In this document: positions 29,053 to 46,965 of the stretch, in pieces | Layout: the number at the start of each line of letters is the position of its first letter | How positions within the stretch are numbered: position 1 is the stretch's first letter | NCBI RefSeq assembly: GCF_009914755.1 | Contig: NC_060926.1 | DNA: 64,000 nucleotides | Source: the human T2T-CHM13v2.0 reference genome, Homo sapiens | Strand: one strand, 5' to 3' | Program-made: the position numbers and the translations under genes | Notes under the pieces: model-generated | What the model was told of the DNA's origin: nothing | Databases searched by the model: none | The model's input: only the letters and a program-made list of their open reading frames with translations

Positions 29053-29485
29053 CCAAAGAGGAGCAAGTTGGGTGCTACCAGGCCAACTCTGAGTCACAGT
29101 GAAGGGCTGCCTCTGGGAGGGGCGTTAACACCTTAGCTCTTCTGGCCTATGCAGCAAAGCCAACTCCCAAGGCCAGAGAGCCTTCAGGCAGGTGAGAGCA
29201 GACTGCTGCGCATGACATGGGTCACAACACCCGACAGAGTTCTACTGCCCGGCCATCCTGCAGGCCCCTGGCCTCTCTGATGCCTACTCTGTGCCTTTGG
29301 GTTGACATTCCTGGGTGCTCGGCGAGTCATTGCTGAAGAGGGACACCTCACTTGGGGGAGTTCTGTAATGTGGGATGGTCCAGTGTCAAAGAATGAGGAG
29401 AAAACATTCCAGACAGAAGGAGATGTGTAGGCCTGGAGAAACAGCTTGGTGTGTTCAAGAAACGGGAAAGAACTGGTGTGCTGGA

Positions 29486-30308
<823 letters not shown>

Positions 30309-30479
30309 TGAATGAGAGTGAGTAGGGTGAAGTTAGAGCAGTAGGGGGCCAGGGGTGGTGGGGTGGGGGCACGGGGCAGACACATTCACAGGCTCCTCAG
30401 TAGGACAGACACTCTGTCTTGAGCCCAAATGGAGAGTCACACAATCCATGAAGTGGTAGGTGAGCCCGAGAGGAGTCCA

Positions 30480-30956
30480 TGAGCCAGAGTTGATCTGCTT
30501 GATGATGTCTCTTGTGCATGGTGGCTGCACCTGACAGCAATAACTGAAGCATACCGTGAGAACAACCCTGCATGGCAGACACACCTGAATGTGTGTTTGG
30601 AGTTTCCAGCATGGCCAATCTGAAGATTCATTCCTTAACTCTGAGGAACATCTGAGCCCCCAGCACATCCTGTGGAATGTGGTCCATAGAGAGCATGAAG
30701 GCCCTTTGTTTTGGGTTAAAGGAAGGTTGCCAGGTAGAAGTTGCTAAGTGAAGGTGTTCTATAAACTGCATGCTTTTTGCAAGTGGTGGCAGTTCTCCTG
30801 TCTGCCTGCTGCCACTCTGTCTTGAGCCCAAATGGACCATCCCTGTATGTAAGTTCCCAGTAAATCCTATGTCCCATTTGCTGGCACTGCATCTCTTCTT
30901 CAGACTCTTGAACCTGGTACCATCCCTATTGAAGGTAATAGGGATGCGGCACCGCA
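30480..30956 (+). mobile_element. ERVL-class LTR (LTR47/MER54-like)
   Basis: GCACCTGACAGCAATAACT...TATAAACTGCATG...CTCTTGAACCTGGT...CCCTATTGAAGGTAATAGGG resembles a recalled LTR consensus. Left boundary approximate. Confidence 0.5.
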
Positions 30957-31204
30957 CTTCGATAGCTGAAGGAAGAGGGAGGGTATTTGTGAGAGGCTAT
31001 GTTGGGTAACAAAAGAAAAGGAGAGGCCACCGAGGCCCATGGCAAGGCATGGCCTCTCCACTCTGTCCCCAGGTGCTTGGCACAGAACAAGAGCCTGGCA
31101 AACACTCCCCCAGGGCCCCATGGGAAGAGGGGCTGCTGCAGCTTCTGGGATGAACTTTGCCAGACACAAGCAGGAGCACAAGCAATAATACTTCAGGGCC
31201 CAAC

Positions 31205-31449
31205 TGTCAAAGATTTAGCAAATAGAAATTTAAGATGCCTTGCTTCTTGATGAGATGAATAGTAAAACAAATTTTAAAAATAAAAAATAAAATATCAGAT
31301 GCCTCGTTAAGTTTGAATTTCAAAGCAACAATAATTTTTAGTGTAAGTATAGTCCCAAATATTATATCTAAAATATACTAAGAAAATTCAAGGTTTGTAT
31401 CTGAAATTCAAATTTGACGGGACTTCCTGTATTTTATCTGGCAACCCTA
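31205..31449. mobile_element. MER53 palindromic non-autonomous DNA transposon
   Basis: TTTGAATTTCA...TAAGTATAGTCCCAAATATT...TGAAATTCAAATTT...TTTATCTGGCAACCCTA matches the MER53 layout. Confidence 0.8.
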
Positions 31450-31508
31450 GCCCTGCTCTATCTATCTAAGGATGTAGAAAAAGGCTCCATTCCCTGTTGG
31501 AGGGCTGC

Positions 31509-32038
31509 TGCATTAGTCAGGGTTCTCTAGAGGAAAAGACCTAATAGGACAGATGTATATATGAAGGGGAGTTTATTAGGGAGAGCTGACTCACAAGATC
31601 ACAAGGTGAAGTCCCACGATAAGCCGTCTGCAAGTGGAGAAACAAGGAAGCCAGTCCAAGTCCCAAAACTTGAAAAGTAGGGAAGCCAACAGTGCAGCCT
31701 TCAGTCTGTGGCTGAAGGCCCAAGAGCCCCTGGCAAACCACTGGTGTATGTCCAAGAGTCCAAAGGCTAAAGAATGTGGAGTCTGATGTTGGAGGGCAGG
31801 AAGCATCCAGCATGGGAGAAAGATGAAGACTGGAAGACTCAGCAAGTCCCCTTCTCCCATCTCCTCTGCCTGCTTTATTCTAGCTGTACTGGCAGTTGAT
31901 TAAATTGGTGCCCACCCACAGTGAGTGTGGGTCTACCTCTTCAGTCCACTGACTCAAATGCTAATCTCCTTTGGCAGCACCCTCACAGACACATCCAGGA
32001 ACAATACTTTGCATCCTTCAATCTAATCAAGTTGACAC
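31509..32038 (-). mobile_element. MLT2A (HERV-L) LTR
   Basis: TTAGTCAGGGTTCTCTAGAGG...GAGTCTGATGTTGGAGGGCAGGAAGCATCCAGCA...TAATCAAGTTGACAC is reverse MLT2A; the first ~20 bp of the LTR are missing. Confidence 0.88.
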
Positions 32039-32399
32039 AGCTGAAATGAGCCACTACCACTCAGGATCTATAAGATACAAGCCTGAGGCAAGCAAGGAGC
32101 AATGACAGTAAACAGCACAGACTGCAGACAGGGCTGCAAGTACTGACTTCACATCAACGAGAACCCAGTGGAAGCTGAGAGAGTGCCCATTTTTAGCACA
32201 AAATTTTTAAACCTAGATGAAAACTTAGAGAAGTAAATAATTCCTGCCAAAGTCTCACCTATAAGTTATCTGAAGTTAGTTATCTATTAACTTTGTGACT
32301 GGACAAATTATTTAACATCTTAGAGAAGACAGAATTTGCGATTTGTGTTGATCCAGATTAATTGCCCTTAATAAGTCAATAATGTTCAGAAGAATGCAA

Positions 32400-33730
<1,331 letters not shown>

Positions 33731-33996
33731 AAGGGGATTTTGGGGGGAGCTATGCGTCTTTCAGTAGCTTCTAGTTTCACATCCGTATTTCTAGTCTGAC
33801 CGTTTTCTGTCCCATGCTAGACCCTGCCCTGATTCCTTTACTCCCTAAAATACCACCAACGAAAGGCTATGTGTAAGGCAGACTTCACTGAAAGTGGGGG
33901 GCAATGGATGATTCATCACAGACCACACAGTCAACAACGTACAAACAACAATTAGAAATCTTTTTCTTTTCCTTTTTTTTTTAAGAGACAGAGTCA

Positions 33997-35338
33997 GCTG
34001 TGTGCCGTGGCTCACACCTGTAATCCCAGCACTTTGGGAGGCCAAAGCAGGCATATCAATTGAGCCCAGGAGTTCAAGAGAAGCCTGGGCAACATGGCAA
34101 AACCCTGTCTCTACAAAAACCACACAAAAAAAATTAGCTGAGCATGGTGGCACGTGCTTGTTGTTCCAGCTACTCAGGAGGCTGAGCTGGGAGGATCACC
34201 TGAGCCCAGGGAGGTCGAGGTTGCAGTGAGCTATGATCACACCACTGCCCCCAGTCTGGATGGCAGTGAGACCCTGTCTCAAAGCAAATAATAATAATAA
34301 TAATAAAGACAGGGTCTCACTGTCACTCAGGCTGGAGGGTAGTTGTGCGATCATAGCTCACTGCAGCCTCAAACTCCTGGGGTCAAATGATTCTTCTCCC
34401 TCAGCCTCCCAAGTAGCAAGGACTACAGGCATGCTACCATACCCAGCTAAAGAAATCTTTGTTTTTAGAATTCTTCAGTCACCGGGCCATCAGAAATTTC
34501 TCTCTGATCTACTTTATTTGAGCTCCCCCGCTACCTTGCCCCTTGCATTTGCCCCTCTCTCTTAAGAACTTTCCACAATCTTCTTACCTGTCCTCTTGAG
34601 CAACATGACTTTCTGTCTATTCAAAGCCCATCCTGGCCATGCTTTGGTGCTGGGGAGGTGCCACTGCTTTACAACAGCCATGGCCCTTAAGATGCTCTGC
34701 TGTAAAAAGACAGTTTTCTCTCTGAAAAATTCCACTACCAGCTTTCAAACCCATTTTTCTTTCCTCCTACATAGATATACCACCAAGCTATCTCTGTCTC
34801 CCTTCTCTATTAAACAGAGCAAATGAGCTCAGATCCAAACTTGTCCACTCATCCAAGCCAAACAAGAGCCTTGGAGGCATCCAAACCCACCCTCAATGGC
34901 TACTGTCATACAAGTGTGCCTCCTGGAGTCCCACACCCCACCTCAAGTGGCTTATGTGTTCACCCAAAATATATATTTATTAAGCATCTCCTACACAGTG
35001 CTTGTCATAATATTATATATATAACTCTCCCTAAGAAGGATTTTTTTTTTTTTTTGAGACAGAGTCTCACTCTGTTGCTCAGGCTGGAGGGCAGTGGCGT
35101 GATCACAGCTCACTACAGTCTCATCTTCTGGGCTCAAGTGATCCTCCCACTTTAGCCTCCCAAGTAGCTGGGACTACAGACTCACGCCAACACACTTGGC
35201 TGAGTTTTTTGTAGTTTTCGTAGAGACAGGGTCTTGCTATGTTGCCCAGGTTTGTCTTGAACTCCTGACCTCAAGCAATCTGCCCGTCTTGGCCTCTCAA
35301 AGTACTGGGATTACAGGAATGAGCCACTGCGCTTGGCT
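33997..35338. mobile_element. AluJ-type copies: + (33997-34305), - right monomer (34306-34450), - (35041-35338)
   Basis: Alu consensus segments. Confidence 0.85.
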
Positions 35339-35494
35339 GTTTTTATTTTTATTTTTAAACGTTAGACTAAGATGGATTTTTCTGAAAGCCACTAAGAGGA
35401 CAAAAAATACCATTTCCAAATCATCTCCTTGTCACTGATTAACACCGGGCCCCTTTAAGGCTAGTTTAAGAAACCCAAGCTGATTGTAAAAGCT

Positions 35495-36167
35495 TTGTGC
35501 CAGTCACCTATTGCTGCATAACAAACAGCTCCAAAACTTAAAACAATGACAACACTTACTTTGCTCACAAATCTGTAACTTGGGCAGGGCTTGTTGGGGA
35601 CAGCTTGTATCAGCTGCACTCAGCATCACTGGGTGTGCTTGAAAGTTGGGGGCTGGAACCATCTGAAGCTTCATTCACTCCCAAGTCTGGTGGTTAATGA
35701 TGGCGTCATTGGGGACCTCAGTTGAGCTGGGCTGTGCCTGGAGCACCAATGACATTGATGTATGGTTTTCCTGGATGACTCTCTGGCTTCTTCACAACAC
35801 CCTTGGCTGGGTTCTAAGAGCCAGGGGGGAGAGAGAGAGAGAGAGAAAAATGAGAGAGAGAGAGAGACAGAGAGATAGAAAGAGAAATGAGAGAGAGAGA
35901 GAGAGAGAGAAATGAGAGAGAGAGAGAGAGAGAGACAGAGAGAGATAGAGAGACAGAGAAATGAGAGAGAGAGAGAATGAGAAAATGAGAGAGTGCACCA
36001 GCTGGAAGCCATATCACCTCTTATGACCTAGCCTCTGAAGTTGTGCTGAATCATTTCTGCTGCTTTCTACTTGAAGCAAGCCCACATTCAAGGGTGAGGG
36101 AATTAGACTCCACCTTTTGATGGGTGAAATGTCGAAGACCTTGCAGGTATGTTTTAAAATCCCACAG
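35495..36167 (-). mobile_element. Old MLT1 (MaLR) LTR containing a GA-rich microsatellite
   Basis: CTATTGCTGCATAACAAAC...GGGCTGGAACCATCTGAAG...TTATGACCTAGCCTC...GACTCCACCTTTTGATGGG are MLT1 motifs. Confidence 0.7.
35825..35992. repeat. (GA)n-rich polypurine tract
   Basis: Visible directly; GA runs punctuated by AAAT, GAC and GAT. Confidence 0.95.
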
Positions 36168-36699
36168 CCTTAAAGAGAAATGTTGATCATAACGGAAGGT
36201 TTTCCTGATGGGCAGTAATGAGAGGAAAATCATACTGTACAATCTAGAGAAAGCTTCTCTAAAATCCTCATTACCCACTTTTCTCCCAAAGGACTTCAGG
36301 GCAGCCCAGGCACCCCACTCTCCTCTCTGCACCCCTTCTCCCTCACTTTCCTTTCTGGTCTAGTTCACACCCTCCCAGGTTTATAAAGTGACATTGAGAC
36401 TCATACGTTTTTTCTTTTCTCCATGGTCCCTGTCCATTGATTCCCTCAAATGAACCAACAAGGCCTCTCCTCCTTAGGAAGGTGGGAGAAGGTAGGTTCC
36501 CATGCTAACGTTTTTCATGTGTGTGTGTGTCTGTATGCGTGTGTATACACATAAACACATCTATGTGTTTGAAAATAAACCCAATCATTTTAACTTAGTA
36601 ATTATATTTGCAAATTAACCCCATAATTTGAATAGACTAGATATTTTTATATGCACATAACCTATGAATATAAAGAGATGTGCCTAAATGTACAGGAAA

Positions 36700-37147
36700 C
36701 AGGGCACCCTTAAGAGAGACCTTAATGAAGAGTCCATTTACAGAGGTACAGGCAGAGTTAAGAGAAGTAGCAGGGATGTGGAGGCGGTCAGGGACTAGCA
36801 ACAGCAGGAAGCCACCACCTTCCTTAGATCTGAAGGGGGGTGGGTATGGCATTACCTGAGGTGGTGGTAGCCGGACCCCAGGAGACTGACCCCTGCTAGA
36901 AGCTGCTGTCAGAAAAGAAACCAAGAACAACTGAGAGGTTAGAAAGTTGTAGATTAAAGTTACTTTGACCTCTCTTTTCTCCTGCCTTTTTGTCCCCTGC
37001 TGATTCTTCCCTTTGGTCAAACCCAACCAGAATCCAGAGGGCAGGTGGTGGTATTGCCCTCCAGGGCTCAGCCTCCAGCCCAGAGCACAGTGAGAAGAAC
37101 AGACAATGGACAGGGAGGAAGAGGGGCAAATGGAGAGTACCCAGCAC
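36700..37147. mobile_element. Old ERVL-type LTR fragment
   Basis: TTTACAGAGGTACAGGCAGAGTTAAG...CAGGGACTAGCAACAGCAGGAAGCC resembles LTR33/LTR41-group sequence. Confidence 0.5.
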
Positions 37148-37217
37148 AACTTGTTTAAAAATGAATAAGATCATCTTTTGATGGCAACTCTTTCTTCTTT
37201 GTTTTCTTTTTTTTTGA

Positions 37218-37322
<105 letters not shown>

Positions 37323-37961
37323 TGAGTAGCTAGGATTATAGGTGCGTACCACCTCACCCAGCTAATTTTTGTATTTTTAGTAGAGACGAGGTTTCACCAT
37401 GTTGCTCAGGCTGGTCTCAAACTCCTGACCTCAGGTGATCCACCCGCCTCAGCCTCCCAAAGTGCTGCGATTACAGGCGTGAACCCCTGCGCCCAGCCAG
37501 CTCTTTCAAACTGTTACATACACTGGGAGTAAAAGATGGTGGGGGGCCGCATGCCCAAACAATGAAGAAAAATAGTGACAGCAATTGGCATGACAGTCCA
37601 ATTCTTAATTGCATGAGCTAATGAAGTGGAATTCCTGGCATGACTTACCCCAAAGTAATTTATATTTGGCTTGGAAAACAGAATGGTTTTTATAACAGAT
37701 TTTTCTAATTATGTTTTACTTATGTTAATATGAGGGTTTGACTCCCCAAGTAAATACCACCTGCTCACAAAGCAGGATGGCTCAGAAGTGCACTGAGCAC
37801 CAGGTGGAAGCCAGGCTGGGATTTCACAATTTGCTGCAGACGATGCAAAAGTATCTGGAAGTTTTTGCTTTTGATGTGTGGGGGCTGCTCTCTCCAACTC
37901 ATTTGTAAAAGCATTAAGGGCAGCTACTGTATCTCATGCTTCCTCTCGATTCCTCAAAGAT

Positions 37962-38148
37962 AATAATACTCAAACTTTGCTATGCATAAAAATCACCTGG
38001 GGAACTTGTTAAAATGCAAACTCCTGGGCCCTGCCAGGATGATTGATTCTGTTGGTCTGGGTGATGCCTAGGAATCTGAATTTCAGCAAGCACTCCAGGT
38101 CCTTCTCATGCTGGTGTTTGGGCCATCACATTTGGAGAAACACCACTG
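37962..38148. mobile_element. MER5 hAT DNA transposon
   Basis: CTCAAACTT...AATCACCTGGGGAACTTGTTAAAATGCA...GGTCTGGG...GGAATCTG...CAAGCACTCCAGGT. Confidence 0.8.
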
Positions 38149-39285
38149 AAAACATTAGACACATGGATTCATACTCAAAGGAGGCAAAGTGCTGTAACAG
38201 ATGAAGTGGGGGAATGATTAAGAGCCAGAGCTGGGTTCCAATCCCAATTTTGCCGTGAATTCATTGAGGCAGCTTACCTTCTCTGATAATCATTTGCAAG
38301 AAGGCTAATACATAGACATCGGAGTCATTAGGAAAACTGGAGGTAGCAAATGAAAAATAAAAATTGGGTGAAAACATAGTGGCTTTCACTATTTGTACCC
38401 AGAGGGTTCTCGGGTGAGCCTTTCTCAAGGTAACTGGGCTCTGAGAATCCTACCTTGGAAGACCCATGAGGATGGCACCTGTAAGATCAGCTGGTCTGGT
38501 ACCATCTTAGCACTGTTTCCTTGCAGTCACTGAGTGCCATCCTGAGACACTGTATTTCATAGATTTCATGTTTTTCAGGCTCACTCTTTCCTTGTTTCTA
38601 CTTGTGAAATTATTATTCATCCTGCAGCATATGGACAACAGGTTTTTTACCCATTCTCTCTTGCCGTTGGCAGGATACCATTCAACAATATGGTGTTAAC
38701 AAAAAATATTAAAACTAGCTGTCTTAAATTTTTGGTTCTGGTTCATAATGTTGCATAATGAAAAGGAAAATCTTTCCCACAGTCCCAGTGGTGCGGAAAC
38801 ACTTAGAAATGACTGTAAATATAGACTCTCAAATGACAAGAGGTTGTTTTATGTCATTCTGCGATTTCTTTTTCACAGCATGTTCTATGTGCTGGAATAA
38901 AAATTTTTAATGAAGTCAGAATGCTAAATTTAATGGAACCTTTGCTCTTTGTTCATTGCAAAATACATCATGTTTCCATTGAATTTGCTGTGCATCTTGG
39001 CATCAGGTCCCACACAGCAAAACAAAACTCAGACCTCATAATTCAATAGTTTTGATTATGCCCAGATTCTAAAGACCACTGCATGTCTTTCCTAATTTGT
39101 TACTCACTTGATTTTCAGTGAATAAATGTAAAAAGAGTCTCCAATTGTTCCTCTTAAATCACCCTAATTGAACATAAGAGTGATAATGTATGACTGGAGG
39201 AATATTTTACATAATGTAAGTACTAATCCTAGGTGGCATATAATTAGCTTGCAATTTTTTTTTTTTTTTTTTTTTTTTTTGGTCA

Positions 39286-39625
<340 letters not shown>

Positions 39626-41230
39626 TTAGCTGCAAGGTGTTCCAAGCAGGCTATTCAAAACATGTACTTATAACTTAGGGGTATAAAATTTATAGTAACC
39701 TGTTAGTGACTGCAAAATCTAATCTAGTTACCAGACCTTTGCTTCTCAAACTTAGGTGTACATAAGAAATATGTGAGGTGCCTGTTTTAAAAATGCAGGT
39801 CCTTGGCCAGGTGCAGTGGTTCACGCCTGTAATTTGGAAGGCTGAGGTGGGAGGATTGCTTGAGCTCAGGAGTTCAAGGCCAGCCTGGGCAACATAGTGG
39901 GACCCTGTCTCTATAAATAAAATTTTAAAAAGTGCCTGGCTTGGGACCATTCATAAAGAATCTGATACAGTGGCTGGGGGACACAGGAGCCAGGGGAGTT
40001 CGCAAAACCTAGGAACATACATTTTGAACACTACCCCCCCTGCCCCAGGTCATGCTGATGTAGCTAATTGAGCACTGGCTAGCCCATTCTCCCTACAGAG
40101 GCTCTTTCTTCCTTATTTGTACCCATCCATTCTCTTACCTGTGAGCAGACACAGGTGTGCACCCAAGATTATGAAATTTTGTTGAGCTCTTGGACTTCTC
40201 TTGGGCTAAGGCCACATGACAATCTACTCAGGAATAAGGTAAACCCACTCCAATCCAGCAAGTTACCTATCTCAGGAATTGCTAGTACTGGTTGAAGAGA
40301 TGGATGCCTCTGGGCTAAGATAAAATGCACTATCTCATGGGTTCTCTACTTGATCCTCACTGCTCTATAGGGTGGGGCCTATGTGTATTTTATAGAGGAA
40401 GAAACTGAGGTTCAGGGAGGTCAGGGCACTGGCAAAGGTCATATAAGAAAGGTAAAGGCCAGGCCTGGTGGCTCAAGCCTGTCATCCCAGCACTTTGGGA
40501 GGCTGAAGCAGGTGGATCACCTGAGGTCACGAGTTCGAAACCAGCCTGGCCAACATGGTGAAACCCTGTCTCCACCAAAAATACAAAAATTAGCCAGGAG
40601 TGGTGGTGTGCGCCTGTAGTCTCAGCTAGTTGGGAGGCTAAGGCAGGAGAATCGCTTGAACCTGGGAGGCGGAGGTCGCAGTGAGCTGAGATTGTGCAAC
40701 TGCTAGGAGACAGAGAGAGACTCTGTCTCAAAAAAAAAAAAAAAAAAGAAGAAGAAGAAAGAAAGAAAGAAAGAAGAAAGAAAGGTAGGGAACCAAGTCC
40801 CCAAAATTGTGTCTCCAGTCTCTAAGCTTGTTCTTTTCAACTCCTTGTCAAGAGTTTGGTTATATTGCCAGAATATGCAGAGATGGGTTAAGCATTTTAC
40901 ATTAAAAAAAACGACAACACATTACCTCTTGGTATTAATTTTCTATACAAGAGGAGATGATCTCAGTGTTCGCAGAACAGCAACTACACAGGCAATGATT
41001 AAAATTCTGAGAACACTCTCCCTCAGTCTGTCTTCAGACAATGCTTCCATCTTATGGTTAGGTATGAAAGTAGAAAAGTAATCTGGGGCCTGGTTCTCAC
41101 ACCCTCTGTCGCTGGCCTCCCTGGAGCTGGGTGGTGGCATTGCAAGGACTATTTACCAACAGGATTAGAAAAGTGATCTTCGCAAACCTCACTCTAGAAT
41201 TTTCGAAACTGCTTTTTGTGCTTTTGGTAA

Positions 41231-41920
<690 letters not shown>

Positions 41921-42257
41921 GATGGGTCCACTTATTTTCCAGGAAAGCAGCTTTGGACAGAGGCAAATAGGCAGCTTTTCTTAACTAAAGACAGAAAGTT
42001 CTATCTGAGAAGATGCCCTTCCAACCCTTTTCTCTTTTGGGGAGAAATGGATGCTTTATCAGGAAGTTAACATGTGTGATTACCAATCATAGGTGGGGGC
42101 CCAGGAGATTCCACGCTGCTGAACCTGGTTCCACAGCGCTCAGGCAGAGCTGTACACACGGTTGTATGTATGTGCACACTGCCCGGGGAGACACGCTGTA
42201 GCCACGATGGCTCCCCTGCTGTTTTGGGGACATGTCAGGCGAGCTCTGGCCTTAGGA

Positions 42258-42625
42258 CTGACTTAGACTTGGTTCCCTGGAAGCAGAGCCTGAGCCTGGG
42301 GTTTTTGTGCAAAGATTCTTTTGGGAGAAGTCTAGTCTCAGCCTGATCCCAGGGGGAGCTCTGGAACATACATTACTTCCAGAGATGGTCCCTCTCAGGG
42401 GAAAGGGGATTGGACACTTGTCCCTGCCCCCATCAGTCAGGCATTGGTCCCCTCCCAGGCATGTCCAGGACAGGAAGCAGGTCAGGTCAGCCAAGGGCTA
42501 TCCTCTGGAGAGGGGGACAGGTGTGAAGCTTTAGCGGACAACACCCCCCACCCCAACAACAGAGGGAGGGTGCCAGCGCTGCTACAGAGGAGCTCAGCGG
42601 GGCCCAGTTGCACCTACTATGGAGG
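42258..42625 (-). mobile_element. LTR16-like ERVL LTR fragment
   Basis: TTGGTTCCCTGGAAGCAGAGCCTGAG...GATCCCAGGGGGAGCTCTGGA. Confidence 0.55.
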
Positions 42626-42715
42626 AGCTGTTGCTCTAGCTGATCCCTCTGCCTGGGATGTTCTCCCCCAGATGACCTCATGGCCAACTCCCTCACCTCC
42701 TCAGAGCTTTGCTAA

Positions 42716-43027
<312 letters not shown>

Positions 43028-43332
43028 TAAAATCGCACCTTCTCAATGGGCCCATCTTGGCCACCTTGTTGATGCAGAAACTGCACCCCCACCCACTCCC
43101 CATTACCGTCACCCGGCTCTGCTTCTTTTTTCCATAGAACTCATCACCTTCCAACACAGACTATTTATTTCTTTCGTATGTTTTTTTTTGGGGGGGGGGC
43201 ATTGTTGTTGTTGTTTGTTTTTTTGAGACAGAGTCTCGCTGTATCGCCAGGCTGGAGTGCAATGGCACAATCTCGGCTCACTGCAACTTCCGCCTCCCAA
43301 GTTCAAGCGATTCTGTTGCCTCAGCCTCCTGA

Positions 43333-43584
<252 letters not shown>

Positions 43585-44770
43585 TGAAAGCTCACTGAGG
43601 GCAGAGATACTGATATAGGCTTATCACCCAGAATAGTAGCTGAGATATCATAAGCACACCATGAATACTTGTTGAATTAAGTCTCAAAGGGGCCCTGACT
43701 CAAAGAAGGGAGTAGGTCAAGAACTCAGAGAAATAGATTACATAAAAGGTTACTAGCCAAGCCATTAGGCATGACTTGGGGCCTGCAGGAGGGGCACCAC
43801 TACCTCGAGGTATAATATAATTTTTGGACCAGTGAATGCAAGGGTGTCATTACACTGTGCTTGGTGTGGCTGTTCAGAAGCCGTCCTGCCCTGCACAGCT
43901 GCTCTACTTGAGGACTTACTAAGGTTTTCCTTGACCTTCTAAAATAATTCTGCCTTATCCTCCCACAGAAGTCTCAGCTTGGGCAAGTAGTGACCACCCA
44001 CCCCTATGATAATACCTTAGTTAGCAGAACTTTTCATCCAAAAATACGGAAATGCCAACATATGGAAACACTCAGATACCACAATGTTTCATAAGTACTA
44101 AGGGACGAATTTTTATAACTTCCTATAAGAGGCTTCCTAACACTCAAAAGTTGAGTGACCCCATCCACACCCACCTCCTGTCTGCCTTGCAAAGAATGTC
44201 TCTTAGACAAATCCTGAAAACTCATACCAAAAATATTATATCTTGCTAGCTTTCCCCCCAAATAACTCACAGGTAATTTTTTATTCTTTGCCTATACAAA
44301 ATGGGCAAAGTATTTAGACAGATATTACCCCAAGAGAAAAAAACAGAAAATAACAAATATGTGAGAAAATCCACAATTTTACCCATAAAATGCAAATTCA
44401 AACAACAGTCAGATATTATCACAATCTATCAAACCAACAAGAATTTCTTGTCGTTGTAATACCAAAACTGGTAAAGCTGTGGTTAGGGTGCACATTCTGC
44501 AATGTGGGTGGAAATGTGAAGTGGTAAACCCTTGTGGAAAGCTACAAGGCTAGATCCTGAGATGCTTTGATATCTTCATCATCTTTGACCTTTCTTCTAG
44601 AGTCCCTGCTAGGACCTTATCCTACCAAAAAATCTGAAATGCAGGGGGAAAAAGCCTTTGAACCCAGCCATAAAGATTTTACGCAGGACTCACATGGCAG
44701 GAAGAGGGAGAGGGAGAGGTTACTTAGGTAAGCTAGCAACAGATTCTCTCAAAGTTTTTCTTTGGTTTAA

Positions 44771-45046
<276 letters not shown>

Positions 45047-45691
45047 TGATCCACCCGTCTCGGCCTCCCAAAGTGCTGGGTTTACAAGTGTGAGCCACGG
45101 CTCCCGGCCTGGTTTAACTTTTTATCACAAGGATAACTCTTGTCACATACACTCTGTGGCCCAACAAACAGAATACTGGCATTTAGTTTCATAATTGGAA
45201 TTGCTGATTTGTCGTGTTTTGACAGTTGAATCATGTTTCTAAAACTCATATTTTCATGTTCCAAAAATTTCCCCTGTGCCTGGGGATGCAGGGCCATCAT
45301 TTACTCCTTGCTGGATTCTTTAGCTGTTAACATAAAGCCATGGTAACAGCTATCTTATTTCCCAAATTCAAAAACTCAACATTCAAAACAATCATTTTCA
45401 AAATTCTCTGAATTCTCTTGTTACTTTTTCTCCTTGAACTTCACTCACTAAAAATCAGGACAAAGTACAGTGTTTTTTTCTACCTCAACTAGAATAAAAC
45501 CCACATTTACGAATATTTTTCAGGTAAGATATTCACTCGTTAAAAAAAAAAAAAAAAAAACTGGCCGGGTGCAGTGGCTCACACGCTCACGCCTATAATC
45601 CCAGCACTTTGAGAGGCCGAGGTAGGCAGATTACCTGAGGTCAGGAGTTCGAGACCAGCCTGACCAACATGGTGAAACCCCATCTCTACTA

Positions 45692-45904
<213 letters not shown>

Positions 45905-46614
45905 CTACCTGTAAAACAAGGGCTCACCCCAAATGGGATTTAGGTTTTTCCTTTTTAATTTTTAGCGGGAAAGCTGCTTAGAAGGTTGCTAATAGCTTTC
46001 CGTTTCTGGAGGTGGCCTCTTTGGAGCTGACTTTATTTACTCTGGGAAAGTTAACAGAAACGGGCTTTCTAGTTACCCAAAGGTAAAGCAAATTCCCACC
46101 CATCAACCTTGGAGAAGCTGTGAAATCACATCCCATGGGGAGGCAAGATTGTTGGGAGGATTGGAGAAGATTCCATCCTAGGCCTGGATGCAGGAGACCT
46201 GCCCTCCCAGCTGTGGCATGAGAGGCCACCGCCAGGGGTGGCAGAGAGGGTGGGCGGATCCCTCACACTGCAGTGTCATCCACCAGGACCCGAGAAGGGC
46301 TCTGCAAGGCCGCCCTCCTCCTGCTAGGGGCCCTTCTCCCGCTCCCACCTAGGACTCGGGGAGCAGCTCTCGGGCCTCTTCCCAGGACACACAGGAGTTC
46401 CCGTCCTCAGATCTTGGTAAAGGCAGCAGGAGAGGGTGGAAATGTCCTGCTTTTGCGTCTTTGCCATAAAATGATGTCTAAGGGGTCTTCCTGCTCTAAA
46501 ATTCTAAATTTCCATTTCAGTCAAGGCTTTCTGCTTATGGGGAAGAGAAACTAGCTCCAAGCAGAGACAGAGTAACCTAACCCTAAGGAGAGCTCAGCCA
46601 GGCAGAGTGGCTCA

Positions 46615-46965
<351 letters not shown>

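Noticed and set aside
30339-30352. CTCF-like GCAGTAGGGGGCCA
   Set aside because: Several mismatches to the core motif; cannot be supported from sequence alone.
35671-36017. Ser/Leu- and Arg/Glu-rich ORFs (also those at 49360-50526 and 54181-54554)
   Set aside because: Products of GA, GT and TA microsatellites.
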